Shown here: piece after piece, positions 18,882 to 27,612 of the stretch
Layout of the letters: every line of letters begins with the position of its first letter
Numbering within the stretch: position 1 is the stretch's first letter
DNA from: Polyangiaceae bacterium
GTDB taxonomy: Bacteria > Myxococcota_A > Polyangia > Polyangiales > Polyangiaceae
DNA length: 64,000 bases
Direction: 5' to 3'
Assembly (NCBI GenBank): GCA_044376115.1
Contig: JBILLK010000020.1
Coordinates: 138,777-202,776, forward strand
Translations under genes and position numbers: made by a program
Notes under the pieces: generated by a model
What the model saw: only the letters and a program-made list of their open reading frames with translations
The model's database searches: none
What the model was told of the DNA's origin: nothing

Positions 18882-20860
18882 TGATTCAGCTCCCTCGCGA
18901 CGATGAAAACATGCAGTCTCTGATCGGGGCGACCGTGCCCTCAGAGATCGCCGCCGGCGTGGTGTACAAGCCCGAACTCACGCTCGGAAAGGGCGGCGGC
19001 GCCGTGGCTTTCCTCGCGCACCGCCTATCCCCGGAAGGCAAGGCCCCGGTCGTGATCAAGGTGTTGCGCCCTGCGTTCGTCCGCAAACTCGGGGCGACGG
19101 CTGGCCTGCTGATTCGCAAAGAGGCGGTGGCGCTGGGAAGGCTCAATGAGCGCACGCCGCCCACCCCGTTCGTGGTGCGGCTGATCGACACCGGCGTGCT
19201 CAAGGTGCTTCGCGCCGGCTCCGAGCTCGAGCTGCCGTGGGTTGCGATCGAGTACGTGCATGGCGGGTCGCTGGGAACGACGCTCGCTGAGCGCGTACGG
19301 AAGAACCTTCGCGACGTCGGCTTCGCGTTCGATCCGGGGCGCGCGTCGACGGCCATCGATTGCATCGGTCAAGGCTTGGCCGCGGTGCACGAGGTCGGCG
19401 TGATTCATCGCGATCTCACGCCCAACAACATCTTGTGCACCGGCCGTGGAGCTGGCGAGATCTTCAAGATCGCAGACTTTGGCGTAGCCCGACCAACGGG
19501 TGTCGCAGGCACGCTCTCGGGCTCCCTGGTTGGAACACCGGGCTTTGCGGCGCCTGAGCTCACCACCGGAGATCCCATCGGGACCTTCACCGACGTATTC
19601 AGCCTCGCTTCGCTGATCTTCTTCATCCTCACCGGTGAGCCCATCTTCAACTCGATGGCTGAGGTCATGCGCAGTCTGGAGACGGGTCGCAGACGCTCGC
19701 TTTTGGAGATGCCGGGCCTCCATCCCGAGCTCCGCAAGAACGAGAAAGCCTGCCGTTCAATCGATCTCGTGTTGGGCTGGGCGGCCGCGCCGCGAGCCGA
19801 CGCGCGACTCGGCGAGGCGCTGGCCGTCAGCAGCATGATCCTTCCTCACCTCCAGGGTCAGAAAAAGCGCGAGCTCTCGTTCACGTCGATCAACCCCAAG
19901 CAGCAGGAGAACGCTCCCTCGCTTGAACCATCGGAGTGGCGTTGGTCCGTTCCGCATCGCACCGGCTCGGCGTTGATCGTGAGGAGCGTGGCATGGGATG
20001 GTCACGGCCGAGCGATCGCTGCGACCAAGATCGGGCTCTCCTTCTGGAACGGCACCACTTGGAAGGTCGCCTCGACGGAAGGGCTCAAGCTCGCGGGCGG
20101 CGTACGCTTCGTTCAGCGCGTCGGCGCCGGCCGCTGGATTCTCGGCGGAGATGACGGCCAAATCGCGATCTACACCACGGGCGGCGAGGTGGAGATCATC
20201 GAGGGACCGCGCGACGCGCACAAGGTGGAGTGCTTCGGTGGTGACCTCGAAGACATCAGCGTGCTCGCCTGCAAGGGGCTCGATGGCGTGATCTCGCTCA
20301 ATACCTACGCGACCAAACGCTGGCTGAAGCCCTTCCCCATTCCCGGCGTTTTTTCGCTGATGGCGATGACGCGCTTCGACGACGCGCGTTGGCTTGTCGT
20401 GGGGCGACGCATCGAGGGTGGAGCGTACGCGGCGCTCTACCACGCGCTGGATTGGGACCTGATGGAGATCCCGGTCGATTCGAAATGTGCGGCGCTGCTC
20501 GCGTGCGTTGGAAGGCCAAGGAAGTCGCTCGGCTATGCGGTTGGTTCGCACGGTACGCTGCTGACGCGAGACGCTGACGTGACCTCGCTCGAGCAAGTCC
20601 CCGGTGAGCCGGTCCTCAGCGCGATCGCGCTCGATCCTTTTGGCCGACCTTGGGTGGCGACGGCGGGCGCGATCTACCTGCGAGATGACGCCAAAGGCTG
20701 GATGCCGGTGTGGAAGGACGAGACCGTGGAGGTCCCGATCGTGTCGCTGTTCCTCGATACCGGACTCTGCATCGCGATGACGGTGGACGGCGGCATCATT
20801 GAAGGTCGGGCCGCATTGCGACAAACGGATCTGCCACCGCCGCCGCCTCCCCCGGCCTGA
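18881..20860 (+). CDS. Ser/Thr protein kinase with C-terminal beta-propeller-like domain
   Basis: GKGGG, VIK, HRDLTPNN, DFG and APE motifs; beta-rich W/D C-terminus; ATG 18881 overlaps the upstream stop (TGATG). Confidence 0.9.
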   Translation: MIQLPRDDENMQSLIGATVPSEIAAGVVYKPELTLGKGGGAVAFLAHRLSPEGKAPVVIKVLRPAFVRKLGATAGLLIRKEAVALGRLNERTPPTPFVVRLIDTGVLKVLRAGSELELPWVAIEYVHGGSLGTTLAERVRKNLRDVGFAFDPGRASTAIDCIGQGLAAVHEVGVIHRDLTPNNILCTGRGAGEIFKIADFGVARPTGVAGTLSGSLVGTPGFAAPELTTGDPIGTFTDVFSLASLIFFILTGEPIFNSMAEVMRSLETGRRRSLLEMPGLHPELRKNEKACRSIDLVLGWAAAPRADARLGEALAVSSMILPHLQGQKKRELSFTSINPKQQENAPSLEPSEWRWSVPHRTGSALIVRSVAWDGHGRAIAATKIGLSFWNGTTWKVASTEGLKLAGGVRFVQRVGAGRWILGGDDGQIAIYTTGGEVEIIEGPRDAHKVECFGGDLEDISVLACKGLDGVISLNTYATKRWLKPFPIPGVFSLMAMTRFDDARWLVVGRRIEGGAYAALYHALDWDLMEIPVDSKCAALLACVGRPRKSLGYAVGSHGTLLTRDADVTSLEQVPGEPVLSAIALDPFGRPWVATAGAIYLRDDAKGWMPVWKDETVEVPIVSLFLDTGLCIAMTVDGGIIEGRAALRQTDLPPPPPPPA

Positions 20861-20902
20861 CTCAGGCGAAGGCGGCGCTCGTTCGCAACCTGGGCGACTG
20901 GA

Positions 20903-20926
20903 GCGCACGCGCACGCGCACGCTCAC
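20903..20926 (+). repeat. Intergenic hexamer tandem (GCGCAC)3 followed by GCTCAC
   Basis: Read directly from the sequence. Confidence 0.7.
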
Positions 20927-20988
20927 CTACTCCTGCAAACGCCGCTTTTTCGGCGGCTCCCTCGCGGATGTGGTACGCGGCCGATGCA

Positions 20989-22398
20989 ATGGCCGATCTC
21001 CTAGTGCCTGTTGGGAAGAACGTGGTGACCCACGGCTCGCCGTATGCCGTGGTTATGCGCCTTGCGTGGCCAACCTTCTTCGCCATGCTGCTGCAGAGCG
21101 CGGTCAACGAGATCGACATCGTCTTCTTCGCCAAGCTACCGCCGACTGAAGCCTCCAACGCTCAAGCAGCGCTGCTGCCCTCGCTCATCATCCTGTGGCT
21201 GTTTGGTGGTTCGCTCTCGGGCATCGCAGTCGGGACGCAGGCCATCACCGCGCGCCGCTTCGCTGAGCAGCGGAATGAGGACGCTGGAGCGGTGCTCTTC
21301 AACGCGGCCTTCTTTGCATTCGTGGGCGGCCTGGTGTTCGCCACCGTCGGCTACATCGCCATGGACTTGATCCTTGGCCTCCTGATCAAAGTGGACGGCG
21401 CGCGTGAAAGCGCCCAGCAATACCTCAAGTACCGCCTGCTCGGAGTGATCAGCATGGCGGTGACGGCCGCCTTCAAAGCCTTCTTCGACGGCATCGGAAG
21501 GACCCATATCCACCTCATTTCGTCGGTGGTGATGAACGTGCTCAACGTCGGTTTGTGCGTCCTGCTGATCTTCGGTACCTGGGGCTTCCCGCGCATGGGA
21601 ATCGGTGGAGCCGGCCTTGCGGCCGTGATCTCAACCTTCGTTGGCCTGGGCATCATGATTTTCTACGCGCTTCGCGCAGACAACGCAGCGAGGTTCAAGC
21701 CTTTCCGCGTGAGCAATCTGAGCAAGACGTTGCTTTGGTCGGTGTTGAAGCTGTCGATCCCTGGGGCCATCGCCACCATCGCCGTAATGCTCGGCTTCGG
21801 CATGTTCGCGTGGGTGGCCAGCAAGTTGGACGAGCTGTCTCCATCTGCCAGCGGCATTCCCGTCAACATGGCCTCGACCACCGTCATCGTCGGTATTCTC
21901 AAGCTTACGTTCACCGGCTGTCTGGCCTTCGGCACAGCCACAGCCACGTTGGTTTCACAGTCGCTCGGTGAGAAGGCTCCCGAGCGAGCCACGATGTTCG
22001 GCTGGACCAGCGTGAAGCTGGGGCTCATCATCTTTGGCGTCGTCGGTATTTCGGAAGCCATTTTCGCGGAGCCGATTCTTCACTTCGTCGCAGCGGGAGA
22101 TGCGGTGCAACTCGCGGCCCTCACGCCACTGCGCATCATGGGCGCCGTTACGCCGATCATCGCGGTGGCGATGATCCTCACCCAAGCGCTCTTCGGCGCG
22201 GGGGACACCGTGTTCGTGATGATCGTCGAGCTGGTGCTCCACTTCCTGTGCCTCGTACCCCTGGCGATGGCGCTCGCGGTGTGGCTGAACTTCGGCTTAA
22301 TCGGCCTTTGGGCAGCGGCTGTCATCTACATCATCGCCCTCACCATCGCGATGTCGCTCAAGTTCCACTGGGGCAGCTGGAAGAAGATAACGCTCTAA
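20989..22398 (+). CDS. MATE-family efflux transporter
   Basis: LAWP at the N-terminus, LIFGTWGFPRMGIGGAGLA, about 12 TM segments; start at 20989 or 20968. Confidence 0.92.
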   Translation: MADLLVPVGKNVVTHGSPYAVVMRLAWPTFFAMLLQSAVNEIDIVFFAKLPPTEASNAQAALLPSLIILWLFGGSLSGIAVGTQAITARRFAEQRNEDAGAVLFNAAFFAFVGGLVFATVGYIAMDLILGLLIKVDGARESAQQYLKYRLLGVISMAVTAAFKAFFDGIGRTHIHLISSVVMNVLNVGLCVLLIFGTWGFPRMGIGGAGLAAVISTFVGLGIMIFYALRADNAARFKPFRVSNLSKTLLWSVLKLSIPGAIATIAVMLGFGMFAWVASKLDELSPSASGIPVNMASTTVIVGILKLTFTGCLAFGTATATLVSQSLGEKAPERATMFGWTSVKLGLIIFGVVGISEAIFAEPILHFVAAGDAVQLAALTPLRIMGAVTPIIAVAMILTQALFGAGDTVFVMIVELVLHFLCLVPLAMALAVWLNFGLIGLWAAAVIYIIALTIAMSLKFHWGSWKKITL

Positions 22399-22439
22399 GC
22401 CTACTCTCCGATCGGGAAGCCAGGCATAATGCGCGGCCC

Positions 22440-23354
22440 ATGACGATACGTCTACCGCTCTACGTTGCCCTCGTAACCGCGTTGATAATCGCTTGCGGCG
22501 ATGACTCCTCCTCTGGCGGTTCGAGCACAGGAGCGGGAGGCACAGGTGGAGGAACCGGGGGTGAAGGTGGACTCTCGTGTGAGGACCAAGGCGGTACCTG
22601 CCTCGCGGCTCCAGCCGGCTTCAAAGGGCCGGTAGAGCTCTCGGATAGCGGTGCAACCAGCTGCACGAACGAGGCGTTTGAGGGCACCTACGTCGGTGAA
22701 GAGTTCGAGGCCGTTCCCGCCGAGTGCAATTGTGCCTGTGCGCCTGAAACTGCCTGTGCACTCGAGGTAACGGCGTTTGGGGACACGGGCTGTCTAAGCG
22801 GTCCTGAAGCCGTATCGGTAACCTCGGGCGTGTGTCAGGCCGCCCCTCCGGACACCCTCGCGCTTACCGTTGAGGCAACGCTCGGTACCTGCCAATCGGA
22901 CGGCGCGACCGCCAGCGTACCCAGCATCAAATTCACACCGTACGTGGTCGGCTGCAGCGTGAACCTCAACGACTGCGACGCCAGCACGATCTGCGTTCCC
23001 TCCACGCGGAAGTACTGCTTCTGGAGTGAAACAGAGAGCACCTGCCCGAGCGGCTTCGACGAGCAGCTCAACGTGCTCCGGCGCGAGGATTTCAGTGATG
23101 ACCGAGACTGCACCTGCGACTGCGGCCTCGGGGACGTAGCGTGTGCGCCCAGCGTTGAGTTGTTTTCCGACGCTACGTGCACCACCGCGGAGGCCGCCAC
23201 CGACACGGCGGGCTGTAACGCCACCAACAGCGGGCAGGCGGCGGCGAGTCTCCGGGTCAACGCCAACGCAACCGGGCAGTGCGAACTCACGACCCAGGTC
23301 GTGGGAACCGTCGTTCAGAGCGGCGCAGGAATCTTAGTCTGCTGCGCACCCTAG
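22440..23354 (+). CDS. Cys-rich myxobacterial-type lipoprotein
   Basis: IIAC lipobox, Gly-rich linker, two CxCxC modules, ends VCCAP. Confidence 0.8.
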   Translation: MTIRLPLYVALVTALIIACGDDSSSGGSSTGAGGTGGGTGGEGGLSCEDQGGTCLAAPAGFKGPVELSDSGATSCTNEAFEGTYVGEEFEAVPAECNCACAPETACALEVTAFGDTGCLSGPEAVSVTSGVCQAAPPDTLALTVEATLGTCQSDGATASVPSIKFTPYVVGCSVNLNDCDASTICVPSTRKYCFWSETESTCPSGFDEQLNVLRREDFSDDRDCTCDCGLGDVACAPSVELFSDATCTTAEAATDTAGCNATNSGQAAASLRVNANATGQCELTTQVVGTVVQSGAGILVCCAP

Positions 23355-23896
23355 CAGCGCGGCTCGTAGCCCTTGGCCAACTCAGTAAAGCGTCGGCCTA
23401 GCCAATCAAAGAAGGCGGCGTCGTAGGCGGGCCCGTCGGGCGACGCTGCGGCGATCTCCTCGACGAATACCTCGTCCCAACGGATGTAACGCGCCACCAG
23501 GCTCTCGTGGAGTCGCCGAGCCTGCGCCTGTGTTGCGCTCGAACCTACCTGCAACGCCTCCTCACAGACGTAGTAGTTGCACGTCGCCGAACGGCGTTCC
23601 GGCGGGATCGTACAACCGCCAGAGCCGAGATACGCACAGGCCAAGTCGCGAGGCTTACCGGGGCCGAGAACCATCTTGCGACGCTGAATGGCTAGCCCAC
23701 GTGGAATCGGTTGCAAGCGCCCAGCGGCCAGCTCGCCCAGTAACCAATCGCGTCCCCCTAATTGCACAATCCTGCCGAGGTCGGCCCAGTCGAGCCGCGG
23801 CGGAGCTCGACAACAGCCGCCGGCTGCATGGGGACACTCGGCGCACTGGCTCGAGGTTACGTGTGAGTGGGCTCCTAGAACACGGAGGGTCAGCAT
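23351..23896 (-). CDS. Cys-cluster protein (YkgJ/CxxCxxCC-like)
   Basis: CAECPHAAGGCC and CAYLGSGGCTIPPERRSATCNYYVC; ATG 23896 chosen to avoid the overlap with nhaR. Confidence 0.7.
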   Translation of the reverse strand: MLTLRVLGAHSHVTSSQCAECPHAAGGCCRAPPRLDWADLGRIVQLGGRDWLLGELAAGRLQPIPRGLAIQRRKMVLGPGKPRDLACAYLGSGGCTIPPERRSATCNYYVCEEALQVGSSATQAQARRLHESLVARYIRWDEVFVEEIAAASPDGPAYDAAFFDWLGRRFTELAKGYEPRC

Positions 23897-23995
23897 ACTG
23901 ACGCCGTGGAGACTACAGCATAGTAGTAGCGCCGGCCCAGCCGCGATGAGTCGCCAAACCACCGCGAGCGTGGTAGTCGTCATCGCCCACGATCT

Positions 23996-24922
23996 ATGGA
24001 ATGGCTCAACTACCACCACCTTCACTACTTCTGGATGGTGGCCCGTGAGGGTAGCCTCGCCGCAGCTGCGGCTAAGCTGCGTCTGTCGCCGCCAACCTTG
24101 AGCGCGCAGATCAACTCCCTGGAACGGGCTCTCGGGGAGGACCTGTTCGTCAAGCAAGGACGCAGAATGGTCCTTACCGACACCGGAACAGTGGCCTACC
24201 GCTATGCCGAAGAGATCTTTGCCATCGGCCGGGAGCTCGTTGGAACCATCCAGGGCGGGACCAGCGGCCGGCCCACCCGGTTCGCAGTAGGGGTCACGCA
24301 GAGCGTCCCCAAGTTGATCGCTCGGCGCATTCTCGAGCCCGTTCAAAAGTTGAGCGAACCCATGCGTCTGATCTGCCGCGAGGAGCCCACAGAGAGGCTG
24401 CTAGCCGATCTCGCGGTCCACACGCTCGACGTCGTCCTCACCGATGCACCGCAGGTGAACTCGACAAGCCTGAAGCTGTTCAACCACTTTCTTGGTGAAA
24501 CGGCGATGGCCATTTACGGCACTCAAACTCTTGCAGCTCAATTCCGCAAGGGCTTTCCCGGTTCGCTCGAGGGCGCGCCGTTTCTCCTTCCGACCGAGAG
24601 CAGCACAACTCGCAGGGCACTGGAGGCCTACTTTGATCAGATTGGCGTGAGACCCAACTTCGTAGGCGAGTTTGACGATAGCGCCCTGCTCAAGTCCTTC
24701 GCCGAGGGCGGACTCGGTCTCTTCGCTGCCCCGCTCGTAATCCAGAATGAGCTCCGTCGTCAGTACGGGTTCCACAAGCTCGGATTGGCCCAAGGCATCA
24801 AAGAGCGTTTCTACGCGGTAACCGGCGAGCGCAAGATCAAGCAGCCCGCCTTGGTCGTCATTACCGACGCTGCCCGTGAAAGGCTCTTCCGGTTCACAGC
24901 CCCAAGGAAGCTCAAAGAGTAA
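23996..24922 (+). CDS. nhaR: LysR-family transcriptional activator, NhaR subgroup
   Basis: MEWLNYHHLHYFWMVAREGS N-terminus and VGEFDDSALLKSF. Confidence 0.88.
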   Translation: MEWLNYHHLHYFWMVAREGSLAAAAAKLRLSPPTLSAQINSLERALGEDLFVKQGRRMVLTDTGTVAYRYAEEIFAIGRELVGTIQGGTSGRPTRFAVGVTQSVPKLIARRILEPVQKLSEPMRLICREEPTERLLADLAVHTLDVVLTDAPQVNSTSLKLFNHFLGETAMAIYGTQTLAAQFRKGFPGSLEGAPFLLPTESSTTRRALEAYFDQIGVRPNFVGEFDDSALLKSFAEGGLGLFAAPLVIQNELRRQYGFHKLGLAQGIKERFYAVTGERKIKQPALVVITDAARERLFRFTAPRKLKE

Positions 24923-24928
24923 ATCGCT

Positions 24929-26923
24929 TCACGCCGCGTTTCGTTCAAGCACCACCGTGGGGTCCACCTCGAGCGACTTCCGTGGGAAGCGGAACTCGAT
25001 GATGGTGCCTGGCCCCTCGACGAAAGGCACTTCGAGATAGCCCCCTAGGCTGGCGCATGCCTCGCGGAGTGCTCCCATTCCGACGCCCCGCCCGGATATC
25101 TCGGTAACCGTCTCTGCCGTAGAAACGCCGTCAAAGAACAGCGCTTCGACCAGCTCTTCACGCGTTTTACAATGCAATCCGCGTTCTTTGGCCCGCTCGC
25201 CGAGCGTCGTCCAATCGATGCCGCGCCCGTCATCCGCGACCGCAACAACCACCTCCTGCTTCTCGACTTTCGCCGATAGCGTAAGGTGCCCGGTGGCCGT
25301 CTTCCCCGCGGCAACGCGCTCCTCTGCTGACTCAATGCCGTGGTCGACGGCGTTGCGTACCGAGTGAACGAACGCAGCCCAGAAGGGAGACCAAACCACC
25401 GGGTCGAAGTAGAGCTCGTCGCACTCTACGTTGACCTCGACCTTTCCTTTGCCCAAGCGCGCGGCAAGCGACTGCGCCTGCTCGGCGAACCGCTGCAGCC
25501 GGTCTGGAGCTCGATCCAACTTGAACCGCGATACCATCTGAGCGACCTCGTCGTGAGGACGGCGAGTAAGTAGCGCCCGAAGGATGGCTGAGAACTGGTC
25601 GTCCCCAATCTCCACGACCTTGCGGTTACCAAGGAAGCTCTCGAGGTTCGCCTGAACTCGGCTCCACCTCCGCGAGAGTTCCGCCTGCTCCGCTTCCGTC
25701 GGGAAGCGACATTCCTCCTCCATCGCGGTCTCTAGCTCATGACAATACTGAGCGATGGTGCTCAGGTTGAAGATTGCGGCATTGCCCTTGAGCGTGTGAA
25801 TTCGCCGTTTGAGCACCTGCAAATCACCATCATCACGCACGGCCGAAACAGCTTCGACCAATTGCTCTGCCTCGCTGAAGAAGTCGAGGAACCCTCGCTT
25901 ATCGCGCATCACTCGGTCGAAGACGGCCATCGTCTCTTTCTGCTCTGCCTCGAGCCGCGAGCGGTTGAGCTCCGCCGTGACGTCGGTCCCGACGACGAGT
26001 ACGCGAGAGAGTTCCCCCTGCTCTTCGATAGCCTTGTACTCGAGCCGAAGGGTCTTTCCCTCTGAACTCACGAGGCGCGAGGGGAGCTGCTCAAGAGCTA
26101 GATCGGCAGGCAAAAAGCCATCCGTGAGCTGCTCCCAACCCATCGCAAAGTCATCAGCCACTGGTCCGAAGCTCCCGCTAAGTACGTCTTGCAAGCTACG
26201 CTGCGCGAGATTGTCTCCGAGCCAATTCCGAGCAGACTTCGACGTCTCAGCGCCGACCACCGCTTGCTTGTCCAACGTCAGCAGCACCTGGTCGACGTTA
26301 TCCAAGACAACACGCATATCCTGATTTCGCTGGTCTAGCTCGGCGGTCCTTGCCGCCACAATCTTCTCGAGCCCGATGACATTGTCAAAGAAGCTTCGGG
26401 CGATGAAGCACGCCGCAACCGACTCGAGCACGACAAAGAGCGCATGCACCGCGACCACCCAGATGGGCGCTGCATAGTTAAATACGCTACTTGGCAAAAC
26501 CAGCCAAAGCACCAGATGGTGAACGGCCGCCGTCACCGCCGCAACCACGATCACGAGAGGATTGGCGTAGACCGCCAACAAGGCGATCAAGACGAAGAAG
26601 TAGAAGTGCATCTCAATTTGCACGGGCCCCTGGCCAAAGTGGACGAGCAGCGCCCCCATGATCATCGCTGTAAAGCCGTAGACCATAGAAACGGCGCGGG
26701 GACTCTCGAACGTCCGCAGCGCAACCAGCGGACCTACCAAGACCGCTAGCGTGGATAGCCCAGCAAACAGAGCGCCCGTATCGTTGAGGAGCGCAACTGC
26801 TACGATCACCGGCAAGTGGGCCGCAAAAAACCCGAAGCCGACCTTGTTCATTCTGGCCAAATAGCTGCGCTCGAAGTCGGACACGGCCTTCGGCAACATC
26901 AGATAATCAATTAACTTCTTCAT
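24929..26923 (-). CDS. Membrane-bound CheA-like histidine kinase (TM sensor - PAS-like - Hpt - HATPase; no CheW domain)
   Basis: About 6 TMs; VLDNVDQVLLTLD; Hpt RRIHTLKGNA; RNAVDHGIE, DDGRGID, GVST, SGRGVGMG; the protein ends shortly after the ATPase domain. Confidence 0.9.
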   Translation of the reverse strand: MKKLIDYLMLPKAVSDFERSYLARMNKVGFGFFAAHLPVIVAVALLNDTGALFAGLSTLAVLVGPLVALRTFESPRAVSMVYGFTAMIMGALLVHFGQGPVQIEMHFYFFVLIALLAVYANPLVIVVAAVTAAVHHLVLWLVLPSSVFNYAAPIWVVAVHALFVVLESVAACFIARSFFDNVIGLEKIVAARTAELDQRNQDMRVVLDNVDQVLLTLDKQAVVGAETSKSARNWLGDNLAQRSLQDVLSGSFGPVADDFAMGWEQLTDGFLPADLALEQLPSRLVSSEGKTLRLEYKAIEEQGELSRVLVVGTDVTAELNRSRLEAEQKETMAVFDRVMRDKRGFLDFFSEAEQLVEAVSAVRDDGDLQVLKRRIHTLKGNAAIFNLSTIAQYCHELETAMEEECRFPTEAEQAELSRRWSRVQANLESFLGNRKVVEIGDDQFSAILRALLTRRPHDEVAQMVSRFKLDRAPDRLQRFAEQAQSLAARLGKGKVEVNVECDELYFDPVVWSPFWAAFVHSVRNAVDHGIESAEERVAAGKTATGHLTLSAKVEKQEVVVAVADDGRGIDWTTLGERAKERGLHCKTREELVEALFFDGVSTAETVTEISGRGVGMGALREACASLGGYLEVPFVEGPGTIIEFRFPRKSLEVDPTVVLERNAA

Positions 26924-27612
26924 GGCAGCCTCAGCGGGTTTACTAGCTTCCGCAACTCGTCGCTCACGGCGCACCCCAGGGTGGGTAACTCAACAGGAGC
27001 ACCGCCTGAGCGCAGCTCATCGATAATGGCAACATCGCGGACATCAGCGCCTTGCTTCTCGCGGGTATACCCGCCTGAGTAGCGGACCCGCCCCGTGGGG
27101 TCTGCGATCACCAGCAGCGGAGCAGCCTCGACGTGGTAGCGCTCCTTCAGCTCGGCTGGTGTTGCCGCAATGACGGTGAACCCAGCGTGCTTGAGCTTTG
27201 CGCCGTATTCCTCTCCGTTCCCGACTAGCAATACTCGCTCCTGGACCCCCGAAGGTCGCTTGCGTTCGACGAGATGCTGAACGAGGCGCTGCGAACATCG
27301 GCATTGCGCGTAGAGCACGTGCAGTACGGACCAATCGCTTGATACCGTTGCAATCCCCTCGGAGCGCGAGGATAGCTCGTTCATAGCTCGGCCGAGCGCC
27401 GGGTCGTCAGCCGTGGGGGTTGGCAGGCGAAGCTCATGGCGCGCCATCAATGAAATAGCCACCACGCTGACGGCTCCCCCCCAAAGGACCATCCCGACTT
27501 GGACAATACCTCGGCGGACTCTGGCCTGCCCAAACAGACTTAGCCAAAGCCGACTTGGACCATCCGGTCCAAGCTCGACGTTCCCTGCGCGACTCGGCTG
27601 CAATGGCTTCAA
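26920..27612 (-). CDS. Membrane-anchored thioredoxin-like protein with CxC motif
   Basis: One N-terminal TM; LHVLYAQCRCS; APLLVIADPTGRVRYSGGY; terminal LGCAV; overlaps both neighbours by 4 nt. Confidence 0.7.
   Translation of the reverse strand: MKPLQPSRAGNVELGPDGPSRLWLSLFGQARVRRGIVQVGMVLWGGAVSVVAISLMARHELRLPTPTADDPALGRAMNELSSRSEGIATVSSDWSVLHVLYAQCRCSQRLVQHLVERKRPSGVQERVLLVGNGEEYGAKLKHAGFTVIAATPAELKERYHVEAAPLLVIADPTGRVRYSGGYTREKQGADVRDVAIIDELRSGGAPVELPTLGCAVSDELRKLVNPLRLP

Noticed and set aside
23897..24346. N-terminal extension of the 331-aa minus-strand ORF
   Set aside because: Mostly antisense to nhaR; the plausible gene starts at ATG 23896.
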